In this document: positions 1-13,050 of the stretch, one piece after another
Numbering within the stretch: position 1 is the first letter of the stretch
Layout of the letters: every line of letters begins with the position of its first letter
Program-made: the position numbers and the translations under genes
Assembly (NCBI RefSeq): GCF_018977255.1
Contig: NW_024704743.1
Location: 47,866,001-47,930,000, forward strand
Source: Callorhinchus milii
Lineage: Eukaryota
DNA: 64,000 bases
Direction: 5' to 3'
The notes under the pieces: model-generated
Database searches by the model: none
Seen by the model: only the letters and a program-made list of their open reading frames with translations
What the model was told of the DNA's origin: nothing

Positions 1-1260
1 CCTGGAATCGAGGACATTGGCAGAAAATACAGTTGGTTTCATCTGCGTAAATGTGGAAAAGAACCCATGCCTGTGGATGATGCAACCAAGTGGGAGCACA
101 TATATTGTGAAAAGGAGGGGGCATAGATAGAGCCCTGAGGAATACCTCATGTGACTATCCAGGGATGAGAGGAGAAATTATTGGAAGAGATGAAGTGAAG
201 ATGCTGGGATACATGGGATTGAAACTGGGACAGAACTGTGAAGGTGGAGGAGTGATCAACTGTGTCAAAAGAGACTGAGGTCAATGGGAACAAGGAGGCA
301 ACAGCAACAACAAAATTACATTTGTAGCACCTTTCACGTCAGGAGGATGTCCCAAGGCAGAATGAACCCTGGTCACAGATGGACAGAATGATGTTGGCGA
401 CTTTGATCAGGACAGTCTTGGTGCTGTGGGCAGGGTAGAAACCGTATTGGAGGGGCTTAAGGAGGGAGTGGTAGGAGACGAAGGAGAGAATTTGGAAGGT
501 GACAACTTGTTCCAGCACTGGGGAGAGGTTGGAGATAGGTTTGTAGCGAGAGAACATGGAAAGGTTGAGTGAGCGATTCTGCAGAAGGGATGTGATGACG
601 TGAAAAGCGCTATATCAAGTGCAATGATGATTATTATTGTTATTTTTGAAAGAGGGTTACTGGACAAATGAAGAGAGAGAGGATGATGATGACAGCTATG
701 GGAGGCACGAGAAGGAGAGGCTGGGTGGAGAGGAGTGGTGGGAGGATGAGGTCAAGGGAGTTTCATGCCTAAAATAGCAAAGAGATGTGGGTAAAAGGTT
801 TGAGGGAGGGTAGCACCTGAGGCTATTGAACAAATTCACTTGATTTTGGACCTGAATAAGTCCATCACTTCTTGCATTTAGAGTTGGGGATAAAGATAGA
901 AGAAGCTCGGGTAGGTGGGTGAAAGAGGTGTTTTGTGGTGCAGAAAATGAACTTTGGCCTCCAGGATGATCGTGGAGCAGAACAATGATTTGACTGAGAG
1001 AGTGTAATGGTAGACTTTGGTGTGGTCCAGCCGTATCTTGCAATTTGAGCCACGTGCATTCGGCAGCACAGGTCTGGGATGTTAGTGAACAGAGGTTTTC
1101 GGTCTACCTGGGAAATTGCAGAGTAAGAGGTGGTTCAGGATGTTTTGGGTGTGAAGGTATTAATGGTGATAATGAGGGAGTTATCCATAAGGTTGACGGA
1201 GGAGGTAAGGTCAAGGCAGGCAGAGTGGGAGGAGTTCAGATGACTCCAAGCCAATTGTGA
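1..1260 (-). mobile_element. Degraded L2 ORF fragments with inserted tail fragments
   Basis: YKPISNLSPVLEQVV..HSTKTVLIKVAN..SICDQGS on the minus strand; a PQGS-like segment near 130. Confidence 0.8.
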
Positions 1261-2779
1261 GGGAGCTGTAGGGGAGCTTTCCATGCTGTAAACCTATGAT
1301 TCAATGAAACTGGTAGTCTAGGAGCTTGAAGCAACAGCTGCATTCAACTAGGGAAGGGAAAACTAGATCCACCAGGCAACTAGGTTACTGTTCATCAGTG
1401 AAATAAATGCTTCAGTCTTCAGGCTGAGTACTGATGCTCAGCCTCAAATTACAAGACAATGAAGGGCTTGCATACTCTACCTCAGCAAGCCGGTATAGAA
1501 CCTCAGAGTCTTATTCGACTTCCATATGTCCTTCACAGCCCACATCTGTCCTCTTACCGGTTCAGCTTTCCTTCAGCTCCAACACTTGCCCACCTTTGCC
1601 ACTATTTCTGCCATTGGGCCAGAAGACCATCATCCACACTTTTATTATGTCCAGCTGGGGAATCAGGCCTGCCATCGCCCTGCATGCCGGACTGCCTAGC
1701 TCTTCCCTATATAGGAGCTGACTATCCAGAACTCTGCAGCTAGTGTCATCTCTTGCTCCAGGTTCCGGATGCCTGTGTCGCTTATCGTTGCTCAGTCCCA
1801 CTGGCTCGCCATTCTCAGTGGATCGATTATTTCTGTAGGAAACTATCCAATTACTGATTTCACACTCCTCTCTCTTTTACATTTGGGTGTTTCAGGTGCT
1901 TTGGGAACTATGGATGGAGGAAACCAATGACATCAGAGCTGGAAGCTGCAAAGAGAAAAAGATAAAGATGTTCTCACACATTAACAATTTTCTGTTTTAC
2001 ACTAATAGGATGAGATTATAGTTTTTAGCTCATTATAGTTAGAATGAAAACATATTGCGATAGAAATTCAATCTAGGTCTAAATTTACTCTATTAATGTA
2101 GCATTGTAGAGTATCCAGAAATTGTCAAATTCTTAAATACTACCTTAATTTGGAAACCAGTTTTCTCTTAAGAGCCTCAGAAAACTAGGCTTCAAAGGTA
2201 AGACTGAATTCATAAAGTTTGCTGCATAAGTAAAGTAAATTTAGACTCAGGTGGCATTTCTCCCCAATTCTGTCTAAATGAAAGTTTGTGAAACTGTATT
2301 TGCAAATGTAAGCATGTTGTGAAGTTTCTACAAAATATAGTAGTCCAAAGGGATGAATTGCATGAACTCACATTCCTGGCTTAGTGATGCACTTTATGGA
2401 AGACCATATTGGTCTCAGTTTGGAGTTCTACTTTTAAGAATCACTCAAAAATAAAACTTACATTTTTATACTGTTTCATCAAGTTGAAACATCTCATAGA
2501 ACTTCACAACTTCACTGTCAATTAAGATTGTTTTTGGAGGCAAATCCACATGCCATTAGCACAAGCAAGATCCCCAAAAAGTCCTGAGGTGAATTACTAA
2601 AAAATATTAAGGATTGTTGATCATAAGTTCAGGAGAAATGGCCTCTTTTGGAATAGTACCATGCAATCTTTAACGTCTACTTGAAAAACACACAGATGGG
2701 ATCTGGGTTTACTATCTCATCCGAAGGACTGTATCTCTGACATTACTAAATAATGCGCTGGCGCTATAAAAATCCCAAT

Positions 2780-4140
2780 TCTTCTTTCTGTCAACCAAGT
2801 TATGGGATCTATTGTTTGCAGTTGCAGCGGAATCAGCAGTTTATGATTGTGCTGCTTTACTGGTTACAGGAAAAAATAATGTGGAGCGACCAAAAGAGGA
2901 ATGTATTAGGTTGAAGCAGAGGGGAAGAATGGAGAAATAAATGATATGAAATGCCTTGAATTTTTACAACCAGGCAGAAACAACTGAAAACAAAATCTAA
3001 ATTAAGTTTTAATTGAGTCAACAAATTTTGCACATCCAAATAAATCTAATGTAATGTTTATGTTCAGCTAATAAGGACAATGTGGAAGTGTAGCTGTCTA
3101 TTTGCATTGAGCTGAAAGGAAACTATCAATCTTGAATTTCTATTTAGATACAAACAAGGAAAAAATTGGATTCCATCTTCTAAATTGCTGCATGATAAAT
3201 TATCATAAACGCCTTTTTNGAAAGGAAACGCAATGCTCTTACTGACAAGATGTTTGTGCTATGCTTTCCATTTAATGGAATTTATATTGTGGTTCCATCT
3301 AAGCTTAAAAAGGCTTTCAAAGTTTATTCTTGTTCAAGAAGGAAGCAGATTCAGGAAACTGAAAGCCCACTAGAGGTCATTGTTCAGTTGTAGCCTATTA
3401 ATGAACCAGAAACATCTGAGAGGGCAATAAATTACACTGTGGATTTTTCTAATTATGAATTCATGCTTAATCATTCAATGACAAGTAGGTTGTGGCAGCA
3501 CATCTATGTATTTTGCATACACAGTTATGCTAATGTGCTATTATATTTCAGTAGATGTTGGTTCTTCATCATTAGAGCAGTTCATTAAAGAAAGCTCTCT
3601 TGCCAAATCATAATTGCTGATTATGGGTAATAATTAACTTTTCTTCCCCTCTTGATTCTGTCTGTTTAGTCAAAAAGTCCCAGTTTGGCTATACCACGAT
3701 TTCTTTACCTTCCTGCTTTCTTCTCCTAAGCTCCATGTTACATCCTCAGCAGAAGCCATGCCTTTTGGATATTTATCAGAATTCAAACTAGACTAATTAA
3801 AAATCCTGCTGACAGTTGTTCTGATCTGACTTTGACTGGTGTTTGATAGTCATTATGGGCAAATAATGAATCGGGGCCACAAACGCAGCAGCTGCCAGCT
3901 TAGCACTGCATTGCAGCTAACTAGTAAAGGCGTCTTGGTAGTAATGAATGCTCCTATCGACAAATTCTCTGGTCCCAGCAGAGAGAGAAACATGAGACAA
4001 ACAATGAGATGATCTTTTGCTGCCGATGGGTTTTAATTTTTGTTTTTTCCGTTGTGGAATAAACCTTTTAACACTGCTCACAGAAACGTAAAGTCCATGC
4101 ATTTTATATTATGTCTTTAATTAAAAAACTGAACTAATTG
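2780..4140. promoter_or_regulatory. Candidate conserved non-coding enhancer block in HIBADH intron 4
   Basis: Repeat-free, no ORF, dense TAAT/TTTAT/CAATAAA motifs; locus context adjacent to HoxA (inference). Confidence 0.4.
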
Positions 4141-5558
4141 TATTAACTAAACCACCCTTAGTGGTGGGTGGGTGAACATGTGCAGAATTTATGTAGGTAA
4201 TCACTTGCTGTAAACATCATCAGAGAGGTTGAAGGTTAAAGAAAAGCGAATTAAAGATCTGAAATGTGCTCTCTCTGCCAGGAAGAAAGCAGTAATCAAT
4301 ATTAGTATGGTTGATTTGGATTATAATCTTGGATTCACTCTGTCATGAGTTGCTTTGTGTACATAAAGGGATATTAAATGGGAGCAGATTGGTTATGGTT
4401 TATATTTGCTTACATCTATGTAATCTGGGACCCAGATAAATTCTTTTTTTAAAGTGCCACAGAACTTATGGTTTTGTTAAAATACTCTCTGTGCTTTGAG
4501 TTCTTATAATCTCCAAAAACAAACAATAGTCCAAATTATGAAGCGCAAGAGAATTGTCCATTTTTTTAAAAGACCTCTTACATTGGATGTGAGCATATTG
4601 GCTCGCATGAAGGAAAATACTGGCACGCACTAATTGGGCCAAATGGCTGTTTCCGCACTCTACAATCTATGTAATTCTATATTGTGCACTCTGTCTTCAG
4701 CTCCTTGACTGGGTTATTTTGCTTTTGTCAGCAAATAGTCTCTGGCTCTTTGCTAAAGTCATCTGACCACAACATGCCAGTAACTCTTAAAAAAATTATA
4801 TTTTAAAAATACATACTGCTTCTTACCAATGTCCTTAACCTTGAATAGTCACTTGAAAAGAGTGACTTGTATAATATTTTTTAAAAATTACATTAGCTTT
4901 TTTTTAGTTTAAAAGAAAAACTGACTGTGATGTGACTTGCAGGCTGGCCAGGGCTGTTTTCGCAAATCTAAGACTGGGCAGTGAAGTATCACATGACCTC
5001 TCCTGTAGGCAGAGTTGGACTTTAGAGAAGCAGAATTGATGTTGCACAGGTTTCGTTAAGATAGGTGAAATTACAATTACTTGTGAAACCACTTTTAAAG
5101 GCCCATTTCTCAAGCTACTCTCACATGTAAATCAATTTTAGCTCATGTGTCAAAAACAGCTTTTGTACTGCATTTTTAATATCGATTTGATGCAATTGCT
5201 GAAAGTACAGCCTAAAGTTTGTATAAATGTCTGAGCTGGCCTGTTCTCAAAGAGCTCTGTCAGTGACACTTCATAACTCCATATGTCCTCTAATAAACTT
5301 GTTAAACTTGTAAATAACAGTCTCATTCTCGCCGCCTGGCTACTCTCTGCTGTACGCACTGGCTGTTCTGGTTGTCTCCAGACCTCAGAGCACATATTCC
5401 TTGTATCACATAGTCTGCTTGTACAGGGGTCATCCGATTTCAAAGGAAACAAAAGTGTTCACTCTACATAGTGACTGTAACCAGGCTGCGTTTACATCTA
5501 GTTTATAATCTAATTCAATAAATTCCTTAAATATTGAAATGAATTACCTTATACCTTT

Positions 5559-5690
5559 TGTGGAATCCCGTAGCATAGTGGTTAGTGTGCTTGCCTCACA
5601 AGTGATAAGACTCGGGTTTGATTCCTCGGCGGGGCGAAACGTTAGGCAAGTTTCCTTACTCCACACTCCTCTATTTACCTAGCAGCATGT
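5559..5690 (+). mobile_element. 5' part of the long SINE variant
   Basis: tRNA head followed by GGCAAGTTTCCTTACTCCACACTCCTCTATTTACCTAGCAGC. Confidence 0.75.
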
Positions 5691-8600
5691 AGAAGTTTGG
5701 GGCATAGTTGCTGAAGACTACCAAATGTGAGGAATGGTGAGAGCGAAGGTTTGGACTGAACGCCAAGGTTGCACACTGGTTTGGTGAGTTTGAGAAGGGA
5801 GCGAGGAAGGTTAGGGAAATCAGAACTGGAAGTGAACAGGTGTTGGTAGGAGCTGAGGAGGATGGCTTTCGCCTTGTTCATGTTGATCCACAGGAAATTA
5901 AGGCTCATCACAGAACTGAATTCCAGCATGAATTGCCACACAATAGAGAAGGTGTAGAAGTGAAGCTGAGGGTGATGTGTTCTTAACTTTACCAGTGGAC
6001 AAACTGTTGAGTGTGGATTTGTATCAAAAAGTTTATTCAGTGGATTTCACTAGTCACAAATTGGATTCTGGGACAATGCATATGGTTCATCTATTGGACT
6101 GAAATCAGTGCAGCTCTACTGCAGAACCAAGAAACCCACAATGGACAGAGGTATTGCAACCAGTCGGAGAAATTTGGGCTGCTCTTTTATTGCAATTTAA
6201 TTTCCCTTGATGCACTCACCTTTTTGTCCTTTTGGAGAAGTGCATTCACTTTCTATATCCAGCAGTCAGTCTGGCTGAGATTGGGTACTCCTTGTAGAAG
6301 CAGTTGCTGTCAACATTTGTACGTGGTTCTGTCAACCAGCTTATGCAGGTTGTTCACACTCGGTGCTCCACATTTAGGAAGCTGCCCATCCCGGCTACTG
6401 TGGATACCTCTGACCAGCACTGATACCATATGTAGTTGCACATGTTTGCGGTTTAAAAAGTTCATCAAGGGAATTCCATGGTCAGATTCCATTATCAAGA
6501 CTTTCACCTTTAGCTTCCCAATAACATCTGTACTATGTTGGTGTAACTGTTGGTGTAGTGCTAACCTGTTCAGCCTAGAACATCACTGGTTCTGTCTTGG
6601 TATGTGGTGAATGAGCTGATTTAGGCCAGAGCTGCTATCATTGTCCTCAGCAAGTGAGTGGACCTTAGGTGAAGCCAGGGAAGGACTCAGTTTTCATCCT
6701 GCCATAGTTGAATGGTATTCATCCTGCCATAGTTGAATAGATATCCTTATTCTCTTGCCTCATCCATGATGAGGTGGTCACTTGCGCAAGGCTCCAGAGG
6801 GTGACTTGTGATAGTGAAACTATGCCAGTGAGAGTCAGGAGAGGACAAAATTAGGAAAATAAAATTCCTGACATCTTTGAAAAAAAGTTAAGCAGATTTT
6901 ATAGCTGTGCCATAGGAGAAAGTGAAATTCATTTATTCCTCTTTTATGATATGTCTTTTTAAAAAAATAGTCCAAACTAAAAATGTTTATCAAGTGGAGG
7001 GTGACCAATCAAAGGCAGAAAGCTATCATGGTTACCTGTAAAATATAACCAGACAAGATACAAATGTAGTCAGATAGAAAATATAATGAGTATGATATGA
7101 TATCCCACATAAGGGGATAGACAAAAGAATGAAAATTGATGAGAAGTCATCCAGAAATGCCTCCTATGATGTGTGGTTACTGTATCTTGTGGATTTTCGA
7201 AGTTAGCATATCTCTGACCTGGAATAAGGTTTAAATCATTTCCTAAATAAAGAGATATATTTTAAACTGATTTAAATTGACAAAGACATTCACAGAGTCA
7301 TACATCTGTGCATTTGAAGCCTCTAGAGAACTGTCCGGGACAGAGCTGGGAGGACAACAGAAACTGGTTACAAATAAAACATGGCATGGTCTTAAACCAA
7401 TTGTGCATGGTTATCTTTGGTAGAAAAGAAAACTAATTGAACATGATAAAGTGTAAAGTTAATTAACACCCATAAGTTTACTGATTACCTTCACAGCATT
7501 ATATTGTTCATTTGTTAGCAGCTTTCCATCCCAGCTGTCTCCCTTTTACCGAATGTCATTGGTAAACAATAGAGACACCATAACAAGTCGTAAATGGCCC
7601 TAGTGACAGCAGCCCCTAGTGAAGCTGCATCTGTAGAAAATGATTGTGCCTGATTACCTTTTGAAGACAGCAGTGCGCACATTGCATACTAAAAGCAACT
7701 GTCACATTGCTCCGCTTTGTGCCTGGTGTATCTGTTACACTATTGTAGTTGGTAATGTGAATCTTTGCCTTAAAGTACCCTTTCACCATCACAAATCTTA
7801 TTGTTTGTTGGATCTGAAGAAAATGCATTCAAAATGGCACTAATATAATACTATACTAAGGCTTGTGTTCATTTAGTACCTGTAGTACAGATGTTTGTGT
7901 CTGAGTAGAACTTTGAATAGAAAGTGCATTCATTTATTTAATTTCTCTATTTTCCTAAACCACAATAAAGACCTCAAATAAGAAGCAAGCAATATTCAGA
8001 CAGCAACTGGCTAACTGAAACCTTCTGCTGTAAAAAGGGGGAATTGAAGTGAACCCATTAGCCCACTGAAAAGGCTATGTGTGTTTTGAAAGTGTTGCAT
8101 TAGATGATTGAGGCGAGAGAGGGAGATGGACTAAACTATCGGTGCTTGAAATGAGTTGCAGGTTTTTCATTAGTAGGCTAGATACTTGATGAACTGACAT
8201 TCAAGTAATTTTCATTTTCATATTATGTTGTCTGCCACCTGAATTATTTTAACTGCTGTGAAATCATTGAGAACTTATAAATAGACTTAAATTATTATTA
8301 TTTTTATCTTCCCTTATATTGAGATGGTGAGGGAATTGATGTATAGAATATTTTTGTTAGAATTTGTTACTAAAGATTCATCAACCGTTTCCCAAATTAC
8401 ATTTTGGCTGTATTAATTTATTATTCCTGCATCTAACATAAGTGTTTGTACAACTGAAAAACTGCAGCTGTCAAAAGATTAACCAGCTGAGGAGTGTTGT
8501 CAGCATTAGTTCAGGTCTAATAAATGACACTATGAAGCTATTTATCAATCCCTAATCTGGAATAAAAACTATTGGCCTGTGATTAATCATATTCTCCTTG

Positions 8601-8718
8601 CAAGCTTTGACTATAGTTGTGTAATTATTGCGTTCATTCTCTGATCAGGCATGTTGAAGAGGCACAGAAATGCTTATCAAGAATTTATTTAAAAAGAAGA
8701 CTCATACAATTCTTTCAG

Positions 8719-8852
8719 GTGTTGGTGCTGCAACAAGCGGCAACCTTACATTCATGGTTGGTGGACTGGAAGAAGAGTTCAACGCGTCTAAAGAACTGCT
8801 GAACTGCATGGGAGCCAATATAATTTATTGTGGACAAGTCGGAACTGGCCAG
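8719..8852 (+). CDS. HIBADH: HIBADH internal coding exon (equivalent to human exon 5), 134 nt
   Basis: tttcAG|GT GTT GGT GCT ... GGC CAG|GTaact; encodes (G)VGAATSGNLTFMVGGLEEEFNASKELLNCMGANIIYCGQVGTGQ, matching vertebrate HIBADH; phase 1 start, phase 0 end. Confidence 0.96.
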
Positions 8853-9029
8853 GTAACTACAGAAAATAAATAATATGAGATAATAATAACAGCCCCTTGT
8901 ATTTGATAATGGAACATTTCATCCACAAATATACAGTCAATTCATTTTACAGTATATTCTGTGAAGCGCTTTGAGATGTCGAGAAGACGTGAAAAGCGCT
9001 ATATCAACTGCAAGGATTATAGTGTGTGA

Positions 9030-10070
9030 TAATAATAATCCTTTCATTTTGATATATCGCCTTCCTCATTAGGAGGATGTCTCAAATTAATGTGCAGTGA
9101 CTATTTTGTAGGCAAACACTGCAGCCAATTTGCTCACAGCAAGGTCTCACAAGTAGTCATGGAGTGAGTGACCAATTTTATCTGGGGTATTGTTGGCCAG
9201 GACACCAGTAGAAACTCCCTTCTCTTTTTGAATAGTCCCATGGGATCTTTAAAGTCCACTTGATCAGGCAGAACAGACCTCAGTATGATAGCTCAGACAA
9301 AGGATGGCGCTTCATTGGAGTGTCAACCTAGATTATATGAGTTCAAAGACCCAACTAGGGGCATGAATCCATGGCCATCTAACTGCGAGGTGAGAGTTCT
9401 ATTAACTGAGCCAGGTTGAGACTTAACAAGTGTTAGAATTTGTCCAAATCTTTATTTTGAGTAGTTTTGCTTCTGTAAATCAATTGATACCGTGGATATA
9501 GAATACTGAATTACAACAATAGTTTAATTAGAAAAAAATGCAACTTTATGGCACCTTATTTTGAAATTTCTTAAAAGTACTTTATGGGTAATTCCTTTCC
9601 AGTGCAGTAATTGTTCTTGTAGGTGAATGCAACAGCCATTTGCATCACTAAGGTCTCGCAGACAAACTTCAGATAAATGGCCACTTTTATCTGGAGGATT
9701 ATTGGCCAGAACACTGGGAGAAAGTATTAACAGTTTTAAGAAAGGACCAATGTGTTAACAGGTAAAGTGTAGTGACAGTATTTTTAGGTGAATGCGACAG
9801 CCAAATTGTGCACAGCAGTGTCCCACAAACAGCAGTGAGGTGAATGGCCAACTTTATCTGGGGAATTGTTGGCTGGACACCAGGAGAAACTTCCTTCTCT
9901 TTTTAAATAGTGCCATGGGATCTTTAACAACCACCTGAACAGACTTGTAGGACCTCAATTTAATGTCTCAGTCAAAGGACGATCCATCACAACAATGCAG
10001 CAGCACATCCCCAGTACTGCCCTGGAGTATCCAAGACTGTGAAAGTTTAAAGTCCTACATGGGATTTGTA
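9030..10070 (-). mobile_element. Cluster of older Deu-type SINE copies in HIBADH intron 5 (about 9030-9420, 9530-9720, 9780-10070)
   Basis: Repeated GAATAGTGCCATGGGATCTTTAA and TTGGCCAGGACACC motifs. Confidence 0.7.
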
Positions 10071-10288
10071 CCTAAACTTTCTGCCTCCAAGGCGCCTAAG
10101 CCAGGCTGATGGTCTTTCAAAAGAAGTGGAGAAAGGTGGTTCCAACGCTTCTCATTTTAAATATCTTAATTGCATTTCAAATCCTTATCTACAAAAGAGC
10201 AGAAAAGATTTGTTTTGCTGGAAGATAAAAGGCCTACATGTCACTTTAATGTCACTCGCACTTTCCTTTAGTGTGATTTTTTTTGCAG

Positions 10289-10364
10289 GCTGCAAAGATC
10301 TGTAACAACATGCTGCTGGCTATTTGTATGATTGGAACTGCGAAACCATGAATCTGGGAATCAG
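10289..10364 (+). CDS. HIBADH: HIBADH exon 6 equivalent (catalytic-Lys region); 76 nt as written with an apparent 1-nt deletion near 10341
   Basis: ttttgcAG|GCT GCA AAG ATC TGT AAC AAC ATG CTG CTG GCT ATT = AAKICNNMLLAICMIGT; after a 1-nt shift GAA ACC ATG AAT CTG GGA ATC AG|GTttgt = ETMNLGI(R). Confidence 0.93.
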
Positions 10365-11239
10365 GTTTGTTTGTTTCTCTTACTTTCACTTTGATAGCAG
10401 TGGGTTAGTTAATGCTGGGTTTATCTTACAGCCACAAACAACAACAAATTGCATTTATGTAGTGCTTTTCACGTCAGGAGAATGTCTCAAGGCGCAGAAA
10501 CAACAATGTCACTGATGCGAATCGGGTTGCGGGCAATGTTATGGCTAAACAAGGTTATATCGGGGCCACCAATGTGCTGTAATTTACATCCTTTTTTGAG
10601 TTTAGTTTTCGCTGATAGGCAGCTAAGTGCATGCTGCGAACACAAGTGATATTATTGCATGACTTGCACAGTGATGTCATGCGAATATTACCTCCATGAC
10701 ATCCTGTCTGAGGAATCAAACCTGCCTGTGTATCACGTGCTGGAACCCACATGGAACTAGGACAGCAGCAAAAAGGTAGCAATGACCAGAGAACGACACC
10801 AGAGTGAAGGTGGCAATTGATCATCACTCTCTCGTTTCTACTACATTGCTTTGGTGTTGCCCCATTTGTGTTCCAGGACAGAACACACATGCACATAGCT
10901 GACAACCTCATAGGACATTTGGCAACATCATTGAGTGAGGGAAATTCCACCTGGCTGCAGATTTATTCTATTTATCTTGCATTTCACGGCATCCAGAAAT
11001 AGGTATATTCGTAAAAAAAGTTCACTTTGAAGCTGGCTTTCTATAAGGTTCTTTTAAGTACAACAGAAAACTGACTCGAAAGTTGAGACTATTCTAAAAT
11101 TTTACATGAATTGAATAAATCTATTTGAAGCAGAATTTCTGTGTTATGCGTTGTTGGTCACCTGACGATCTTACATATTTTGAAATTCATTACTATGCTT
11201 AAGCATATCCAAACCACTTTTCCTGTTAAGAGAATTCCA

Positions 11240-11842
11240 CATATGCATGCCACCTGCACATGGAAAATGCTCTGTGTCTGGAATGGAACGCACACTCTCC
11301 CTCCCTTGAGGAACGCCCCCTGCTTGCCTATTCCGGTGACTGTTAGGTTCAGGTTGAAGAACCAAGACTTAGGGATCCCAGAGTTTATGTTAGGGCACTG
11401 CTAGAGTTTAACCAGCCCAGACTTTGGCGCACTGTCTGGCAAGCTTTATGGTGCCTAGCTAAGACATCCCTACCCATTGCTTTAGCTTACAGAGTTAACA
11501 GGAGATGGGTGACTGGTCTGCCTCCTGAAGCTCTGCCAGTAAGACAGGCTGATTAGGCTGTCACCAGTAGTGGCCTGAAATACTGTGGACCTTCTGGTTC
11601 AGGAAATGGACTACCATTTTCTCTTTGACCGTGTCTTCAGCTCCCCTCTCGACTCTCTACCCCCTCCTCGCTCCCTCCCTTCCCTCCCCTCAGCCTGACC
11701 ATTTCCCCCCTGCTCAGGCTCTGACCCAACTGTCCAGTGCCTTGGGACGTCCTCCCGACATGAAAGGCGCTCTATAAATGAAATCTTGTTGTTGTTGTTG
11801 TACCGAGACCACAACAGAGGGACTCGATTCTGACATGCCAAT
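11240..11842. repeat. Unclassified old interspersed repeat, copy 1 (copy 2 at 30245-30695, fragment at 31300-31345)
   Basis: Collinear shared blocks GCCACYTGCACRTGGAAA, TCTGGAATRGAA, CTCCCTTGAGG, GAGTTTAAC, GTGACTGGTCTG, CAGGAA..ACTACC|GAGAC. Confidence 0.7.
11616..11800 (+). mobile_element. Short 3' end of the young L2 with a TACC target duplication
   Basis: Nearly identical to the 3' end of the L2 at 61735-61956; TACC at 11612-11615 and 11801-11804. Confidence 0.88.
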
Positions 11843-12659
11843 CAGATTCTGCTTACCTCACCCCAAGGGGCAGATGATCTGTGATAACCTCATCCCATTG
11901 ATGTAAGTCATCTCATTGAGTACAACAGAGGAGCTAGTAGAGAACCTGCTGAAATGTGCAAACCAATTGTAGGCAACAAAAAGTATCCCATCGGTGACAC
12001 CACTGGAATCACAAAACAAAGCGGCCATTATTTCTGTGGATTTGATCAAGTAAAATTTAGAAGACCGTGTGTCACTTTTGTTACTGTGAGGTGAAGGACC
12101 ACATCCAACCGCCCACCCCCCCCGACCCACCCATCACATTTTAACATTGCATGGTAGGCTCCAGAGCTTCATTGGCAAAGACTAACTGGAAGCCTGAGAC
12201 CAAACAAGCTGGCATTCTGCTGGGAAATACTGAAGAAGAGAAAATGAAAAATTATTTTTTAAAAAAAGTTGTTTGAACTGAACCTGATGTTTTACTCTGT
12301 ACTTTTGGGCAGTAAAATCTAGTGCATACATTTTACTTAATGCAGACTTTTATGACCTATGAACCTAGGGTGTTGATTTATGTATTGGTGTCAGATCTCT
12401 TTTCTGCCTGTATAAGGTTTATAGGTGATAGGTTAGCATCTACATATGTATTTGTGTTTATACCATTATGTTCCTTTTTGGGCCCCTGAATTGTTTTCTA
12501 ATCAGTTTCATTCAGCTATTTTTATAATTTGTTGTCTTTATGGCCATGTCCAAGAACCGTCAAATTTCATTGCAATCAAGGTTTGCAACGTCAAGTGCCA
12601 TGTAGTCTTGAGTGCTCAGACCTTCAGGATTATGAGGTGGATATTTTTATGTTAACACT

Positions 12660-13050
12660 ATTATCATAATAATCTTTGCATTTGATATGCATATTATCAC
12701 GTCATCGATGTCTCAAAGCGCTTCACAGGATGTACTACAAAGTAGTGTAACTGTTTATTTTGTGGGCTAACACAGCAGCGAATTTGTTTACAGCAATGTT
12801 CCACAAACAGCCATGAAGTGCATGACCAATTTTATTTGGGGGATTGTTGACCAGGACTCCTCTACAAGGTCATATTCCAGAGGTCCACGGGATTTTTTAT
12901 GCCCAACTGAACAGGCAGACAATACTTCAGTTAAATATTTCATCTGAAGAACGGCACTTCCGACAATGCAGCACACACCCAGCAATTCACTGGAGTATCA
13001 GCATTGAGCCATAGAGTATATGAGTTCCAAGTCCCAACATGGGGCTGGGA
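12660..13050 (-). mobile_element. Older Deu-type SINE
   Basis: Tail, body and CATCTGAAGAACGGCAC motif homologous to the other copies. Confidence 0.65.

Noticed and set aside
10562..10863. Possible degenerate terminal inverted repeats GGGGCCACCAA / TTGGTGTTGCCCC
   Set aside because: Short, gapped match with no second copy or target duplication
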